A DNA stretch of 64,000 nucleotides from Escherichia phage SUT_E420. The notes below the pieces were generated by a model, which saw only the letters and a list, made by a program, of their open reading frames with translations, made no database searches and was not told the origin of the DNA. The stretch lies in the sequence record OQ990039. One strand, written 5' to 3'. Made by a program: the position numbers and the translations under genes. Of the stretch, positions 1-8,387 are shown in pieces. How positions within the stretch are numbered: position 1 is the first letter of the stretch; every line of letters begins with the position of its first letter.

Positions 1-334
1 ATGTAGGATCTTGTGGTAAATCAACGTAGTATATCACTCTAGCTAAATTCTTAGCGGTTTGCCAAGCCTCATCAGTTTTATCAACTTTTGGTCTCTTAGA
101 TACCCAAGAGAACTGGTTAGACTGATATACTACTTTACAGTAGGAATCTGGGAATTTACCGGAGTTTACACGGTTTTTAGTAACATGTGCAATCGCCGTC
201 ATTCCCTTTATGCCCTCACCACGACTTTCGAAATAGATATTTTTAGCAATGCAATCTATTTCTTTTGCATCGTGCGATGCCTGACTACTAAAGCTGAAGG
301 TAAGGGCAGCTACTAAAAGCAAAGCTGCCTTCAT
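1..334 (-). CDS. Secreted SleB-like cell-wall hydrolase (partial; 3' end runs off the left window edge)
   Basis: Reverse-strand ATG at 334-332 with no stop before position 1. Signal-peptide-like N-terminus MKAALLLVAALTFSFSSQA, then IYFESRGEG...VTKNRV...VVYQSNQFSWV resembling the SleB/Hydrolase_2 motif. Absent from the ORF track because it is truncated. Confidence 0.5.
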   Translation of the reverse strand, partial: MKAALLLVAALTFSFSSQASHDAKEIDCIAKNIYFESRGEGIKGMTAIAHVTKNRVNSGKFPDSYCKVVYQSNQFSWVSKRPKVDKTDEAWQTAKNLARVIYYVDLPQDPT

Positions 335-339
335 TCTTT

Positions 340-657
340 TTACTCCTGCCAATCATATTCAACACGATTGGGATTTTCTTTATACCCTAAGTCAAGCAAA
401 TCATTACGCATATTTTGCTTAGCTACTGGGTTCGAGGTTACTAGTACCACTTTCTTTGGTCTCTGCCCAAATTCTAAGAGTAAACGAAGAATTTGATAAC
501 CTTCCATACCATCTACAGCCAAGTCATTATCCATATAAACGAAATGGCCGGTGGTATCAGTTTTATTCAGAAACTCTACAGCGGCTTCTGGGGTTCGAAT
601 GATAATGTCCATTCCGTGAAGATTACGCACATCATCAATCAAAATATGAAAAGTCAT
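340..657 (-). CDS. Stand-alone receiver (CheY-like REC) domain protein, function unknown
   Basis: 105 aa. ILIDD acidic pair, YMDNDL putative phospho-acceptor Asp, VVLVTSNP and LGY align to CheY receiver landmarks. SD-like GAGGCT upstream of ATG. Confidence 0.45.
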   Translation of the reverse strand: MTFHILIDDVRNLHGMDIIIRTPEAAVEFLNKTDTTGHFVYMDNDLAVDGMEGYQILRLLLEFGQRPKKVVLVTSNPVAKQNMRNDLLDLGYKENPNRVEYDWQE

Positions 658-1107
658 AATAGCCTCGTTTCATCAATTTAAAAATATATTATACAGATAA
701 CTTAGTAACTTAGTAAATTAGCAAATACATTTTTAAATTGTGAAACTAGTAAACCGATAAACAGCCTAGAGGCGCCACAGGCCATATCTTATGAGCCATG
801 TACCTTTGATCTAGGGTTTGAATCATCAACGAATACTTTGCATCTTTTAGCTTTAGAAGTTTAGAAGTTTGAGTTCTTTAAACTTTTCAGCTTTCATACT
901 TAAATGTTGATCTTTGAAGTTGTGTCGGTAATATCAACGACGCTTTGTTCTTACGTGTCAGCTTAAAAGGCTGGTGTAATAAACATAATCTCCAATAGAT
1001 TATACTTTATAGTATGGTCAGCGGTCTTATTTAACCCCGTATTTCAACCGCTGCTGCGAGGTAAGATGCTTGGGCTTTCGTCTACCGATTTACTAGCTTT
1101 TAAATTA

Positions 1108-1746
1108 TTACTCTACTTCAATGAAGGTAGAGGCGTTAGACTCGGACAGAACAAAGTCAACATTTGTTGCAAAGTCCTGGTATTCCTCGTCATGCTGCTT
1201 AATCAACTTCTCCAGTTCCAGCGGATCAATCAAGAATGGAGTATTCTTGAGTTCCAGCAGGTTGAGTTGCATTTTAACTTCATCTTCGGAAGTTTTCTTA
1301 TCACGGGTAGCCATGCTATCCTGCAAACGCTCATATTTAGCATCAAACTGTGCTTTCTGCGTATTAAACTTAACCGTAGCGGCATGGAACTGCTTACGCA
1401 TGTTAGCCAGCAGTTGAGCTTTAAGCTCCATAGAACGCTTAGCTTCAATTGCTTCCGCAACAGTCATTTTACGAGAACCGATCTCAACGATTGTTTCTGC
1501 ATTGCTCTTAATCAGAGCAGATTTAATACGATCACGCTGAGACATCATATCCAGCAGAGACTGGAAATCAGTCTTAATACGAGTAGACAGATCAGCTACT
1601 TCGATTGCAGCGCCAACTACAACCTGGTTTTTATCCTTACCTTCACCAACAGCGATCAGAAGCTGCTGTTCAGTAGCTTTACGGATTTTAGCTTCCAGAG
1701 ATTTGATAGTTGCTAGAGCGCGAGTTTTAGAAATACGAGTAGTCAT
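1108..1746 (-). CDS. Hypothetical early protein, predicted coiled-coil, host-optimal codon usage
   Basis: 212-aa ORF with AAGGAAAC SD before ATG. Strong bias for ctg/cgt/gct/ggt codons suggests high expression. No recognisable catalytic motif. Confidence 0.5.
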   Translation of the reverse strand: MTTRISKTRALATIKSLEAKIRKATEQQLLIAVGEGKDKNQVVVGAAIEVADLSTRIKTDFQSLLDMMSQRDRIKSALIKSNAETIVEIGSRKMTVAEAIEAKRSMELKAQLLANMRKQFHAATVKFNTQKAQFDAKYERLQDSMATRDKKTSEDEVKMQLNLLELKNTPFLIDPLELEKLIKQHDEEYQDFATNVDFVLSESNASTFIEVE

Positions 1747-1799
1747 TATTTGTTTCCTTATATGAGGTTTGAGATTTGAATTTGTTTAAAGTTGGTCTA

Positions 1800-1982
1800 T
1801 TACAGACCAATTGCCAGCAGAGTGCGCAGAACAGTATCGTTACTGTTATCAATTTTAGGATTAGCACGATTTAGCAGATCAAAGATTTTCTGGACACCTG
1901 ATTGACGTTCAGCCATACGACGGATACCCAGATTACGAGTAGCTTTCTTACCATTTTTACGAACATTTTTAGATACTGGCAT
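1800..1982 (-). CDS. Small basic hypothetical protein
   Basis: 60-aa ORF, AAGGAAA SD, directly downstream of a T5-type promoter at 2023-2051. Confidence 0.4.
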   Translation of the reverse strand: MPVSKNVRKNGKKATRNLGIRRMAERQSGVQKIFDLLNRANPKIDNSNDTVLRTLLAIGL

Positions 1983-2022
1983 ATTTGTTTTCCTTTTATT
2001 GTTTTCTCAAATTTATGAATAT

Positions 2023-2051
2023 ATTATACAGAATTTTGGAGCCGGAAGCAA
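2023..2051 (-). promoter_or_regulatory. T5-type early promoter (minus strand)
   Basis: On the reverse strand: -35 TTGCTT (2046-2051), 17-nt spacer, -10 TATAAT (2023-2028), followed by CATAAATTTGAGA-like element. Confidence 0.5.
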
Positions 2052-2052
2052 A

Positions 2053-2754
2053 TCAAATTTTCATTTTTTCGATCATAGCTGCAACACAATAGCTTTCAAC
2101 TAAGGCATCAAATGCAGGATCATGCTTAACCGGATAGATCCCATAACGAATGGTGTCCATCTTCTCCATTTTAGCTTTTGCCCAGCTAATACCTTCAGCC
2201 TCTAGATCTTTGTAACTATAATCAGCTTGCATCCAGAGATTACGAAGAGATCGAACATTGCCCAAATTCCAGAATTTCCACGGAACTACCTCTTCATTGG
2301 TTCCAGCATGGAATGTGTTTGCAGAGTAGATAGTCATATCAAACTCTGGGCCATTACCATAATACAAAGCATTTTCGCCTAGAGCCAACTCCATAATATT
2401 TTGAGCCATAGAGAAGGCAGCATAGTTTGAGCCAAATTTATTAGTGCAATGATGTTTACCATTTTGGAAGGCAATCAGTTTTGGATTACGTTCCTTCATA
2501 GCTTCCATAATGTGAATAGCAGACGGGCTATTTTTAGCTTGATCCATCCAGAATGCTAGAGTAGATGCTGTAACTTTAGCACCAGAATTAAGCTGATCTT
2601 GTACATCCAAAGTAACAAATACTAGATCAGGGTCTTTATCAATTCCATGCATAGCCACAAAAGCGAAAGAAGGCATTGCGATATGAGTAGTACCACAATC
2701 TCCTGGAGTTCCCAGAGATTCAATATCTAGCATACCAAATGGTTTTACTTTCAT
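2053..2754 (-). CDS. Putative DEDD-type 3'-5' exonuclease (Rv2179c-like)
   Basis: 233 aa. N-terminal MLDIESLG (Asp/Glu exo motif I) and downstream His/Asp-containing segments. Assignment from motif resemblance only. Confidence 0.45.
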   Translation of the reverse strand: MKVKPFGMLDIESLGTPGDCGTTHIAMPSFAFVAMHGIDKDPDLVFVTLDVQDQLNSGAKVTASTLAFWMDQAKNSPSAIHIMEAMKERNPKLIAFQNGKHHCTNKFGSNYAAFSMAQNIMELALGENALYYGNGPEFDMTIYSANTFHAGTNEEVVPWKFWNLGNVRSLRNLWMQADYSYKDLEAEGISWAKAKMEKMDTIRYGIYPVKHDPAFDALVESYCVAAMIEKMKI

Positions 2755-2782
2755 AAGTTATCCTTTATTGTGTAGAAAACTA

Positions 2783-3019
2783 TTAAAGAGCTGTCTCTTT
2801 AATAGACTCCCACTTCTTGGGGTCTTTAAAACCAGGGAGCATATCCTCACTGACATCCCAGTTCTCTTCCATAGAGAAGTCGGGCCATTCATCCCAACTA
2901 CCTTCCAACTCTTCATAACAGGTATCCATTACCTCATGACTAGAAAGTCGTGTATAATCCCTAGCTGACTTATGGGTGGTAGCACGGTTAAAATCATTCT
3001 TTGCCACAAAATTACGCAT
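2783..3019 (-). CDS. Hypothetical acidic small protein
   Basis: 78-aa ORF with GGAGA SD; Trp/acidic-rich C-terminal half. Confidence 0.4.
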   Translation of the reverse strand: MRNFVAKNDFNRATTHKSARDYTRLSSHEVMDTCYEELEGSWDEWPDFSMEENWDVSEDMLPGFKDPKKWESIKETAL

Positions 3020-3036
3020 AGTTTCTCCAAATAAGA

Positions 3037-3050
3037 GGGGCTTTCGCCCC
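3037..3050. terminator. GC hairpin (GGGGC-TTTC-GCCCC), candidate intrinsic terminator
   Basis: Perfect 5-bp GC stem with 4-nt loop and A/T-rich flanks, between two minus-strand genes. Confidence 0.4.
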
Positions 3051-3060
3051 CTGATTTAAA

Positions 3061-3276
3061 TCACTTGCCCAGCAGTTTAAGGATATTTTCCATAATAGTT
3101 TGGGCAGATTTTTCACTCTTGTTGGTTTCAGCCAACTTTAAAGCGAGTTCTTCCTGCTGTTTCTGAATATCAGCTGCGATTTTTTGATCAGCCTCAATAC
3201 GAGCTTGAAGCTCATCAGTGATAGTGGTAAAGGAAGCAACGATTTCAGTAACAGAACGTGGTTTCTTAGAGAACAT
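3061..3276 (-). CDS. Hypothetical coiled-coil small protein
   Basis: 71-aa ORF, AAGGAT SD, host-optimal codons. Confidence 0.45.
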   Translation of the reverse strand: MFSKKPRSVTEIVASFTTITDELQARIEADQKIAADIQKQQEELALKLAETNKSEKSAQTIMENILKLLGK

Positions 3277-3315
3277 AAAAAATATCCTTGATTAGTTAGA
3301 GAATTAGTGGATTGT

Positions 3316-3331
3316 AGGGGCTTCTGCCCCT
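3316..3331. terminator. GC hairpin (AGGGGC-TTCT-GCCCCT), candidate terminator
   Basis: Palindromic GC stem with T-rich tract on the plus side. Confidence 0.4.
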
Positions 3332-3340
3332 ATTTATCTA

Positions 3341-3856
3341 TTACTTCGCTTTACGCTTGCGAGCTGGTTTAGCAGATTTACGAGCAGAATCACCAGTGAA
3401 CTTAATGCCTACACCGTAACACAGAGCGCGAACATTATCTTTACTATACTCTACGCCAAAGATATTTGGCTTAACAGAACCAAACTGTCCACGAGTATCG
3501 CGCAATACATCTGCTGTTGGTTTACGCTTCTGGTTAACTGCCTTCTCGTAGTCTTTCATAGACATACCATTACGAGAGAACAATTCAGCCCCAGCGTTGA
3601 AACTCAAAGATACTGGGACAGATTTGTGGCCGTAATTTTCTACATACATAACCATTTTGTAGGATTTACGGGTGGCATTTTTAGCTTTAGGCTTCTTACG
3701 AATCGGAGCCGGATTATTCAATGCTTGCGCAGCCTGAGCATCGGTAGGATGCTTACGCAGGTGACGTTCCAGACGAGCTTTGCGATTAGCCTCGGTCTGC
3801 GGGAAAGTTTTAACTGCCGGGGCTGCTTGAGTTTTTGCGTTTTTCTGCTTAGCCAT
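3341..3856 (-). CDS. Hypothetical basic protein (Lys/Arg-rich termini)
   Basis: 171-aa ORF, AAGGAAAAC SD, basic N- and C-terminal tails suggesting nucleic-acid binding. Confidence 0.5.
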   Translation of the reverse strand: MAKQKNAKTQAAPAVKTFPQTEANRKARLERHLRKHPTDAQAAQALNNPAPIRKKPKAKNATRKSYKMVMYVENYGHKSVPVSLSFNAGAELFSRNGMSMKDYEKAVNQKRKPTADVLRDTRGQFGSVKPNIFGVEYSKDNVRALCYGVGIKFTGDSARKSAKPARKRKAK

Positions 3857-3894
3857 TATTTGTTTTCCTTTTTGTTTATCAATTTATGAAGTAT

Positions 3895-3923
3895 ATTATA
3901 CGAGAATTTGAAGCGTTTAGCAA
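3895..3923 (-). promoter_or_regulatory. T5-type early promoter (minus strand)
   Basis: Reverse strand: -35 TTGCTA (3918-3923), 17-nt spacer, -10 TATAAT (3895-3900). Confidence 0.5.
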
Positions 3924-3931
3924 ATGAATTT

Positions 3932-4381
3932 TTAATTTATTAACTGTAAGCTTCTTTTAATTTCAGACCTTACTTGCATCAAAAGGACTCCTAAAGTATT
4001 ATCCCCGATGCCTCGGCAAACACCCCAATATGTATCTCCCCAGGTATTTCCTTCGATCAAAGTTGCATTTTCTGTTGCTAACAGTTTATCTCTTAAATCA
4101 GGAATTGCAAACTTTAATCGTAAAAGCTCTAGCATTACATCATCTTTTACTTTATCCCAGTCAGAGCGTAGGGTTAATTTACGTCCTCTACGTTTAGCAA
4201 CTCCTGCATTTAGGGAGCGGAGTACATGAGCTACATCATCTTTTTGGTCGGATTTCATAGCCTGAAAAGCATGTTCTACAGTATCAGCATGCCATATCTC
4301 ATTTAGATATTCGAAAGTAATTGGTGATAAATAAAAGTTAGATAAGAAACTATAAGTACCTTTAAATTCAGTAATCTTCAT
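3932..4381 (-). CDS. NADAR (YbiA-like) domain protein, putative ADP-ribose-processing hydrolase
   Basis: 149 aa. FLSNFY...HAFQAMK...EGNTWGDTYWGV matches NADAR/DUF1768 landmarks. Start overlaps the stop of the upstream ORF. Confidence 0.65.
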   Translation of the reverse strand: MKITEFKGTYSFLSNFYLSPITFEYLNEIWHADTVEHAFQAMKSDQKDDVAHVLRSLNAGVAKRRGRKLTLRSDWDKVKDDVMLELLRLKFAIPDLRDKLLATENATLIEGNTWGDTYWGVCRGIGDNTLGVLLMQVRSEIKRSLQLIN

Positions 4382-4662
4382 TTTTTACGCCCCGCATCTT
4401 TAGCCTCCTCGGCTGTATAGATATACTGATAAGCCCCTTTGGAGTAGGCTGGAGCAGTACACATTTTCTTACGCTCAATCTCTTCTTGAGCTTTTCTTTC
4501 GCGTTCCGCTAATTCTTCGTCCAAATAAACTAAACGTTGTTCTGGAGGAGGTGGAAGACGTGTTTCTGGCTCGCCAATATTAGCCTTTCTTATTTGACGA
4601 GGTGATTGTGCACGTTTTCTCAATGGTTTAAATCCTAATGAATTTGAGTTATAGATCCGCAT
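4378..4662 (-). CDS. Hypothetical protein
   Basis: 94-aa ORF translationally coupled to the NADAR gene; Pro-rich segment and charged helix. Confidence 0.4.
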   Translation of the reverse strand: MRIYNSNSLGFKPLRKRAQSPRQIRKANIGEPETRLPPPPEQRLVYLDEELAERERKAQEEIERKKMCTAPAYSKGAYQYIYTAEEAKDAGRKK

Positions 4663-4689
4663 AAAGCCCTCCTCACTTTCAATACGAAT

Positions 4690-4718
4690 ATTATACTAAA
4701 TTATAGGGCTTTAAGCAA
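4690..4718 (-). promoter_or_regulatory. T5-type early promoter (minus strand)
   Basis: Reverse strand: -35 TTGCTT (4713-4718), 17-nt spacer, -10 TATAAT (4690-4695). Confidence 0.5.
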
Positions 4719-4739
4719 GAGAATTTTTTAATTTATTTA

Positions 4740-5216
4740 TCACATCTCAGCCATTTCAGCTTCAGTAATAACTGTATTACATAAGGCGTCTACAGCCTCA
4801 TTACCACTAATACCAGAATGTCCTTTAACCTTAATAAAGGTAGGGTTAGTATTATGAAAGTTGATATACTGCTGTGTTAATTTAAATGCTTCCTGCCAAA
4901 GTTCTAGATTAAGAGGAACTTCACCATCTGCTTTCTTCCAGCCTTTCCTTTGCCAAGAAAACATCCAACTTTCCATGCCATTTTTGCAATAAGCAGAGTC
5001 AGTATAGATAGCAATTGGTCTATTATCTTTTTTAACAGACCAACGTAGGGCTTCTACGATAGCTGTGAGTTCCATCTCATTATTTGTAGTTTTAGGATTA
5101 TAACCAGATTTAGAACCTAAACGATCGTCGTTATCATCATAGACAATAAAACCCCAAGCACCTGGACCTGGATTAGACTTACAAGCACCATCTGTGTAAA
5201 TGTGGAAAACCGACAT
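4740..5216 (-). CDS. rnhA: Ribonuclease H (RNase HI-like)
   Basis: Start taken at internal ATG (5216) overlapping the upstream stop. MSVFHIYTDGACKSNPGPGAWGF aligns to the RNase HI N-terminus; conserved acidic residues later. Confidence 0.85.
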   Translation of the reverse strand: MSVFHIYTDGACKSNPGPGAWGFIVYDDNDDRLGSKSGYNPKTTNNEMELTAIVEALRWSVKKDNRPIAIYTDSAYCKNGMESWMFSWQRKGWKKADGEVPLNLELWQEAFKLTQQYINFHNTNPTFIKVKGHSGISGNEAVDALCNTVITEAEMAEM

Positions 5217-5497
5217 TATACCTCCCAACTAATTTTAAGACCCATGTCTACAAAGGCGGCTTCTCGGTAGTATTGAGAGAGATGATACCCCTTATCCGAT
5301 AAGGTTTTTAGTACCGATTTAGCGGCTCCTGGCATTTCTCTAGGATTATATAGCCACCTAGCGTAAGGATTATCTCGAATAATTACTTCTGTATTTCCAG
5401 ACTTAGCAGCTTCTACAATCTTTTCTTCTATAAACTTTAGAAAAGCGGGTACTTCTGTTAATCCTGCAAGTTCTTGGGCTTCTTTGGCTGAAATCAT
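5216..5497 (-). CDS. Hypothetical protein
   Basis: 93-aa ORF in an operon-like overlap chain. Confidence 0.4.
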   Translation of the reverse strand: MISAKEAQELAGLTEVPAFLKFIEEKIVEAAKSGNTEVIIRDNPYARWLYNPREMPGAAKSVLKTLSDKGYHLSQYYREAAFVDMGLKISWEV

Positions 5498-5697
5498 GGC
5501 TTTTCACCTTCTGCTACACTTCTGGTTTTTGGTGGGATGGGAGGGTTAGGTTTTATAGCCGCTAATTCCCTATCTAAGAATTCCTCTATTGCTCTATCTA
5601 CAAAGTAGTCATAGGGTAAATGATAATGTTCTGATAGAGTAAGAAGTTTGTGCTCTTGGCTTTCTGTTAAATAAACTTTCTTTCTAAAGAGTCCCAT
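5494..5697 (-). CDS. Small protein, possible ribbon-helix-helix DNA-binding fold
   Basis: 67 aa; KKVYLTESQEHKLLTLSEHYH resembles an RHH beta-strand/helix pattern. Weak. Confidence 0.35.
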   Translation of the reverse strand: MGLFRKKVYLTESQEHKLLTLSEHYHLPYDYFVDRAIEEFLDRELAAIKPNPPIPPKTRSVAEGEKP

Positions 5698-5723
5698 ATG
5701 TGTATCTCCAATCTATAAAATAT

Positions 5724-5752
5724 ATTATATTTAAATTTCACTAAATAAGCAA
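5724..5752 (-). promoter_or_regulatory. T5-type early promoter (minus strand)
   Basis: Reverse strand: -35 TTGCTT (5747-5752), 17-nt spacer, -10 TATAAT (5724-5729). Confidence 0.5.
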
Positions 5753-5769
5753 ATGAAATTTAAATATAA

Positions 5770-5785
5770 TAGCCCCGAAGGGCTA
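5770..5785. terminator. Palindromic hairpin (TAGCCC-CGAA-GGGCTA), bidirectional terminator candidate
   Basis: 6-bp stem, A-run upstream and T-run downstream. Confidence 0.45.
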
Positions 5786-5791
5786 TTTAAA

Positions 5792-6646
5792 TTACACAGT
5801 GAATGGATATGCAATAGCAGGATGGTGTTCGTAACCACGAACAGTAAAATCATCCTTATTTACCCAGGTCAATACATCCTCCAGAGTTCGGATATTTGGA
5901 TTGATTTCTAGAGTAGGAGGTGCAAAGGGTTCACGATCAAATTGCTTATGCTCCATCAAAACATTATACTGATCCTCATAGATATGAAGATTGATAATCT
6001 TCTGGCGTGCAATCCCTGGTTTAAGGCCTGTAATCTGTGCCATTAATGCTAGAAGCGTATAGCACTGAACCATGTTAAATACTTGGCCTAACAGGAAGTC
6101 ATTAGATCTCTGGAAAGAGTTCAGATATAATGTATCTCCCAAAATAGAGAACTGATGAGTATGCATACATGGACGTAAGCAACCCTTTGAGAACTCCCCC
6201 GGATTCCAGAAGGTTAGAATTTCCCCACGATCATCAATGCCCTTTTTCAGATTATGATAAATCTTGGCTAGTTGGTCAAACATAAGACCATCGGAATTAG
6301 TCCACTGACGTCCTTGAACACCATAGACTCGTCCCATATCATCCTCACCTTTACGGTATGGATTGTCTAGCCAAGCTAAGTTTTCATTTGCATTAGCATT
6401 CCATGTGTTAACACCAATAGCGCGGAATTGTGCTGCTGAATCATACCCACGTAGATACCCAATCATTTCCATTATTGCTTGTTTTGCAAACGCCTTACGA
6501 GTAGTAATAAGTGGGAATTCACCTGCACCTACGTTAAAAGTAAAATCTGCATCAATAATGGTGAGGCAACGAACCCCTGTTCTGGGATTCGTTACCCACT
6601 GACCTTCTGATAGAATACGTTTTCCAACTTCTATATACTGATCCAT
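5792..6646 (-). CDS. thyA: Thymidylate synthase
   Basis: 284 aa with ThyA-family sequence character (e.g. FPLITTRK); stop overlaps the frd start. Confidence 0.9.
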   Translation of the reverse strand: MDQYIEVGKRILSEGQWVTNPRTGVRCLTIIDADFTFNVGAGEFPLITTRKAFAKQAIMEMIGYLRGYDSAAQFRAIGVNTWNANANENLAWLDNPYRKGEDDMGRVYGVQGRQWTNSDGLMFDQLAKIYHNLKKGIDDRGEILTFWNPGEFSKGCLRPCMHTHQFSILGDTLYLNSFQRSNDFLLGQVFNMVQCYTLLALMAQITGLKPGIARQKIINLHIYEDQYNVLMEHKQFDREPFAPPTLEINPNIRTLEDVLTWVNKDDFTVRGYEHHPAIAYPFTV

Positions 6647-7179
6647 TAATAAGTAACCAATTCCTGTACAAATCGCAGGCTGTTATCACTGTTTGCGCCA
6701 GTTGCGTAAACTAAACGAGTAGATTCATAGTTGTAATCTAGAATCGTATTATCCAGATATACATCTGCCTCTAGTTTTTGATTACTAAAGATTGTGGATA
6801 CAAAAGCACTTTCAATATGACCATATTGATACATTTCTAGAAGAAGGTTAGCACCACCTAGAACTACTGTCTGCTGATCTTTCAGAAATGTAGGTAAAGC
6901 ATCCCCAATCTTAGAAATTGGGGTGTAAATATCATGTGTAATATCATCTGGCAGTGGACGATCAGCACGAATAAATAGGTCAGAAGCTCCAATCATACGT
7001 TCTCTAACGGCGTATGGAAGAGCTAAATAAGTACCCGCACCAATGATGATGTTATCTGGATTCAACACGTCCAGTTGAGAATAGAAAGCATCTAGTTCTT
7101 CTTTGAAGGAACCCCATGGAAGTTTACCGCGGAGGCCGAACTCCCCATTCGGCCCAACTGCATACATTGCTGTAATCAT
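6646..7179 (-). CDS. frd: Dihydrofolate reductase
   Basis: 177 aa. GKLPW and IIGAGTY..LP motifs resemble phage DHFR; sits between thyA and nrdB as in T-even/T5-like phages. Confidence 0.75.
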   Translation of the reverse strand: MITAMYAVGPNGEFGLRGKLPWGSFKEELDAFYSQLDVLNPDNIIIGAGTYLALPYAVRERMIGASDLFIRADRPLPDDITHDIYTPISKIGDALPTFLKDQQTVVLGGANLLLEMYQYGHIESAFVSTIFSNQKLEADVYLDNTILDYNYESTRLVYATGANSDNSLRFVQELVTY

Positions 7180-8321
7180 AAGAAATCTCCAAATTCATTA
7201 CCCAGATCTTTCAGAGTATCAGTAGAGGTCTCAGTTACCTGACCTACACGGTAGGCTGCACCAATCTGGATTTCTTGTGGAGCAGGCTGTAGAGAAGTAG
7301 TATCCAACCAGTTCATAATCCACGGAATAGGGTTTTTGGTGATTACTGGTAAATGACTAGGCCATTCTACACCGATGTGCATAAATGCATTACGTCCCAC
7401 AAAATACAGATATTCTTCTAGAAGTTCTGCATTCAAGCCAATCAGACTACGACCTTTGAAAATGAAATGACCCCATTCAATTTCAGTTTTCAGAGTTTTC
7501 AGGAGCTGTGCTGGTGCTTTAGCCACTGCTTCATCTACCAGATCTTTGTCAAATTGCTGAAACATAATCTGGATGATTGCTTTGGACATCTGAGTGTGCA
7601 GAGCTTCATCTTTAGCGATTAATTGCAGATTTTTAGCAATACCTTGCAGAATATCGTTCTCTGCTAATGCAAAGGTACATGCAAAGGATGCGTAAAACTG
7701 CATTGCTTCCAGACCATAGATCGCAAAGTAAGCGTCTAATAGTTTAGCCTGAGTTTCACGTTTAACTTCAGGGAACTCAGTTTCTGGATATGTATTGTCG
7801 CCACGATGATCGCGTACTGCGATGAAATACTGACCTAACTGGTACAGTTCATCGAATAGTTCAACAGAATCAGCGATGCGCGCGAATGCTTCTTGGTTTT
7901 TGGTTACAGAATCAATAAATTCTGCTGGATCAGTCAGCACATTACGAATAATATTGCTATAAGCACGACTATGCAGGTCTTCAAAATAGCTCCACTGTTT
8001 GAGCATACCTTCCAATTCTGGACGACTTACAAGCGGCATAATAGCTGCTTCAGGGGCACGACTAATAAAGGAATCAGTTTGAGTTTGCCATGCTAAGTTC
8101 AGGAGTGTAATTTCCTGAATTTCTCGTGGGAGATTAGGCCATTGTTTCTTATCTGCTTCCAGACTGATTTCAGTTTCAGTCCAAAATTGAGAGCGCTGCA
8201 GAAGTGCCAGACGTTCTAGTTCTGGATGTGCTACACGTACATAATCTGCGATACCGAGAGAATCTCCCAGGAAAAGGTCGGCGTTAGTATGATCCCAATT
8301 CAGGTTTAGTAAAGTAGTCAT
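7176..8321 (-). CDS. nrdB: Ribonucleotide reductase class Ia beta subunit
   Basis: 381 aa, typical R2 length; adjacent to nrdA with a homing endonuclease gene in between. Confidence 0.9.
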   Translation of the reverse strand: MTTLLNLNWDHTNADLFLGDSLGIADYVRVAHPELERLALLQRSQFWTETEISLEADKKQWPNLPREIQEITLLNLAWQTQTDSFISRAPEAAIMPLVSRPELEGMLKQWSYFEDLHSRAYSNIIRNVLTDPAEFIDSVTKNQEAFARIADSVELFDELYQLGQYFIAVRDHRGDNTYPETEFPEVKRETQAKLLDAYFAIYGLEAMQFYASFACTFALAENDILQGIAKNLQLIAKDEALHTQMSKAIIQIMFQQFDKDLVDEAVAKAPAQLLKTLKTEIEWGHFIFKGRSLIGLNAELLEEYLYFVGRNAFMHIGVEWPSHLPVITKNPIPWIMNWLDTTSLQPAPQEIQIGAAYRVGQVTETSTDTLKDLGNEFGDFL

Positions 8322-8352
8322 TGATTTTCCTCTTTCTCACTATTTCAGGAAT

Positions 8353-8381
8353 ATTATAGCAAATCTGGTAGCGATTAGCAA
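8353..8381 (-). promoter_or_regulatory. T5-type early promoter (minus strand) upstream of nrdB
   Basis: Reverse strand: -35 TTGCTA (8376-8381), 17-nt spacer, -10 TATAAT (8353-8358). Confidence 0.5.
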
Positions 8382-8387
8382 GTAAAA

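Noticed and set aside
59-316. Plus-strand 85-aa ORF at the left edge
   Set aside because: Lies antisense to, and entirely within, the better-supported minus-strand SleB-like hydrolase ORF; no SD; composition typical of a shadow ORF.
1066-1716. Plus-strand 216-aa ORF, plus other antisense ORFs such as 33161-33796 and 36617-37372
   Set aside because: Each is fully embedded antisense in a gene with stronger coding evidence (SD, motifs, codon bias).
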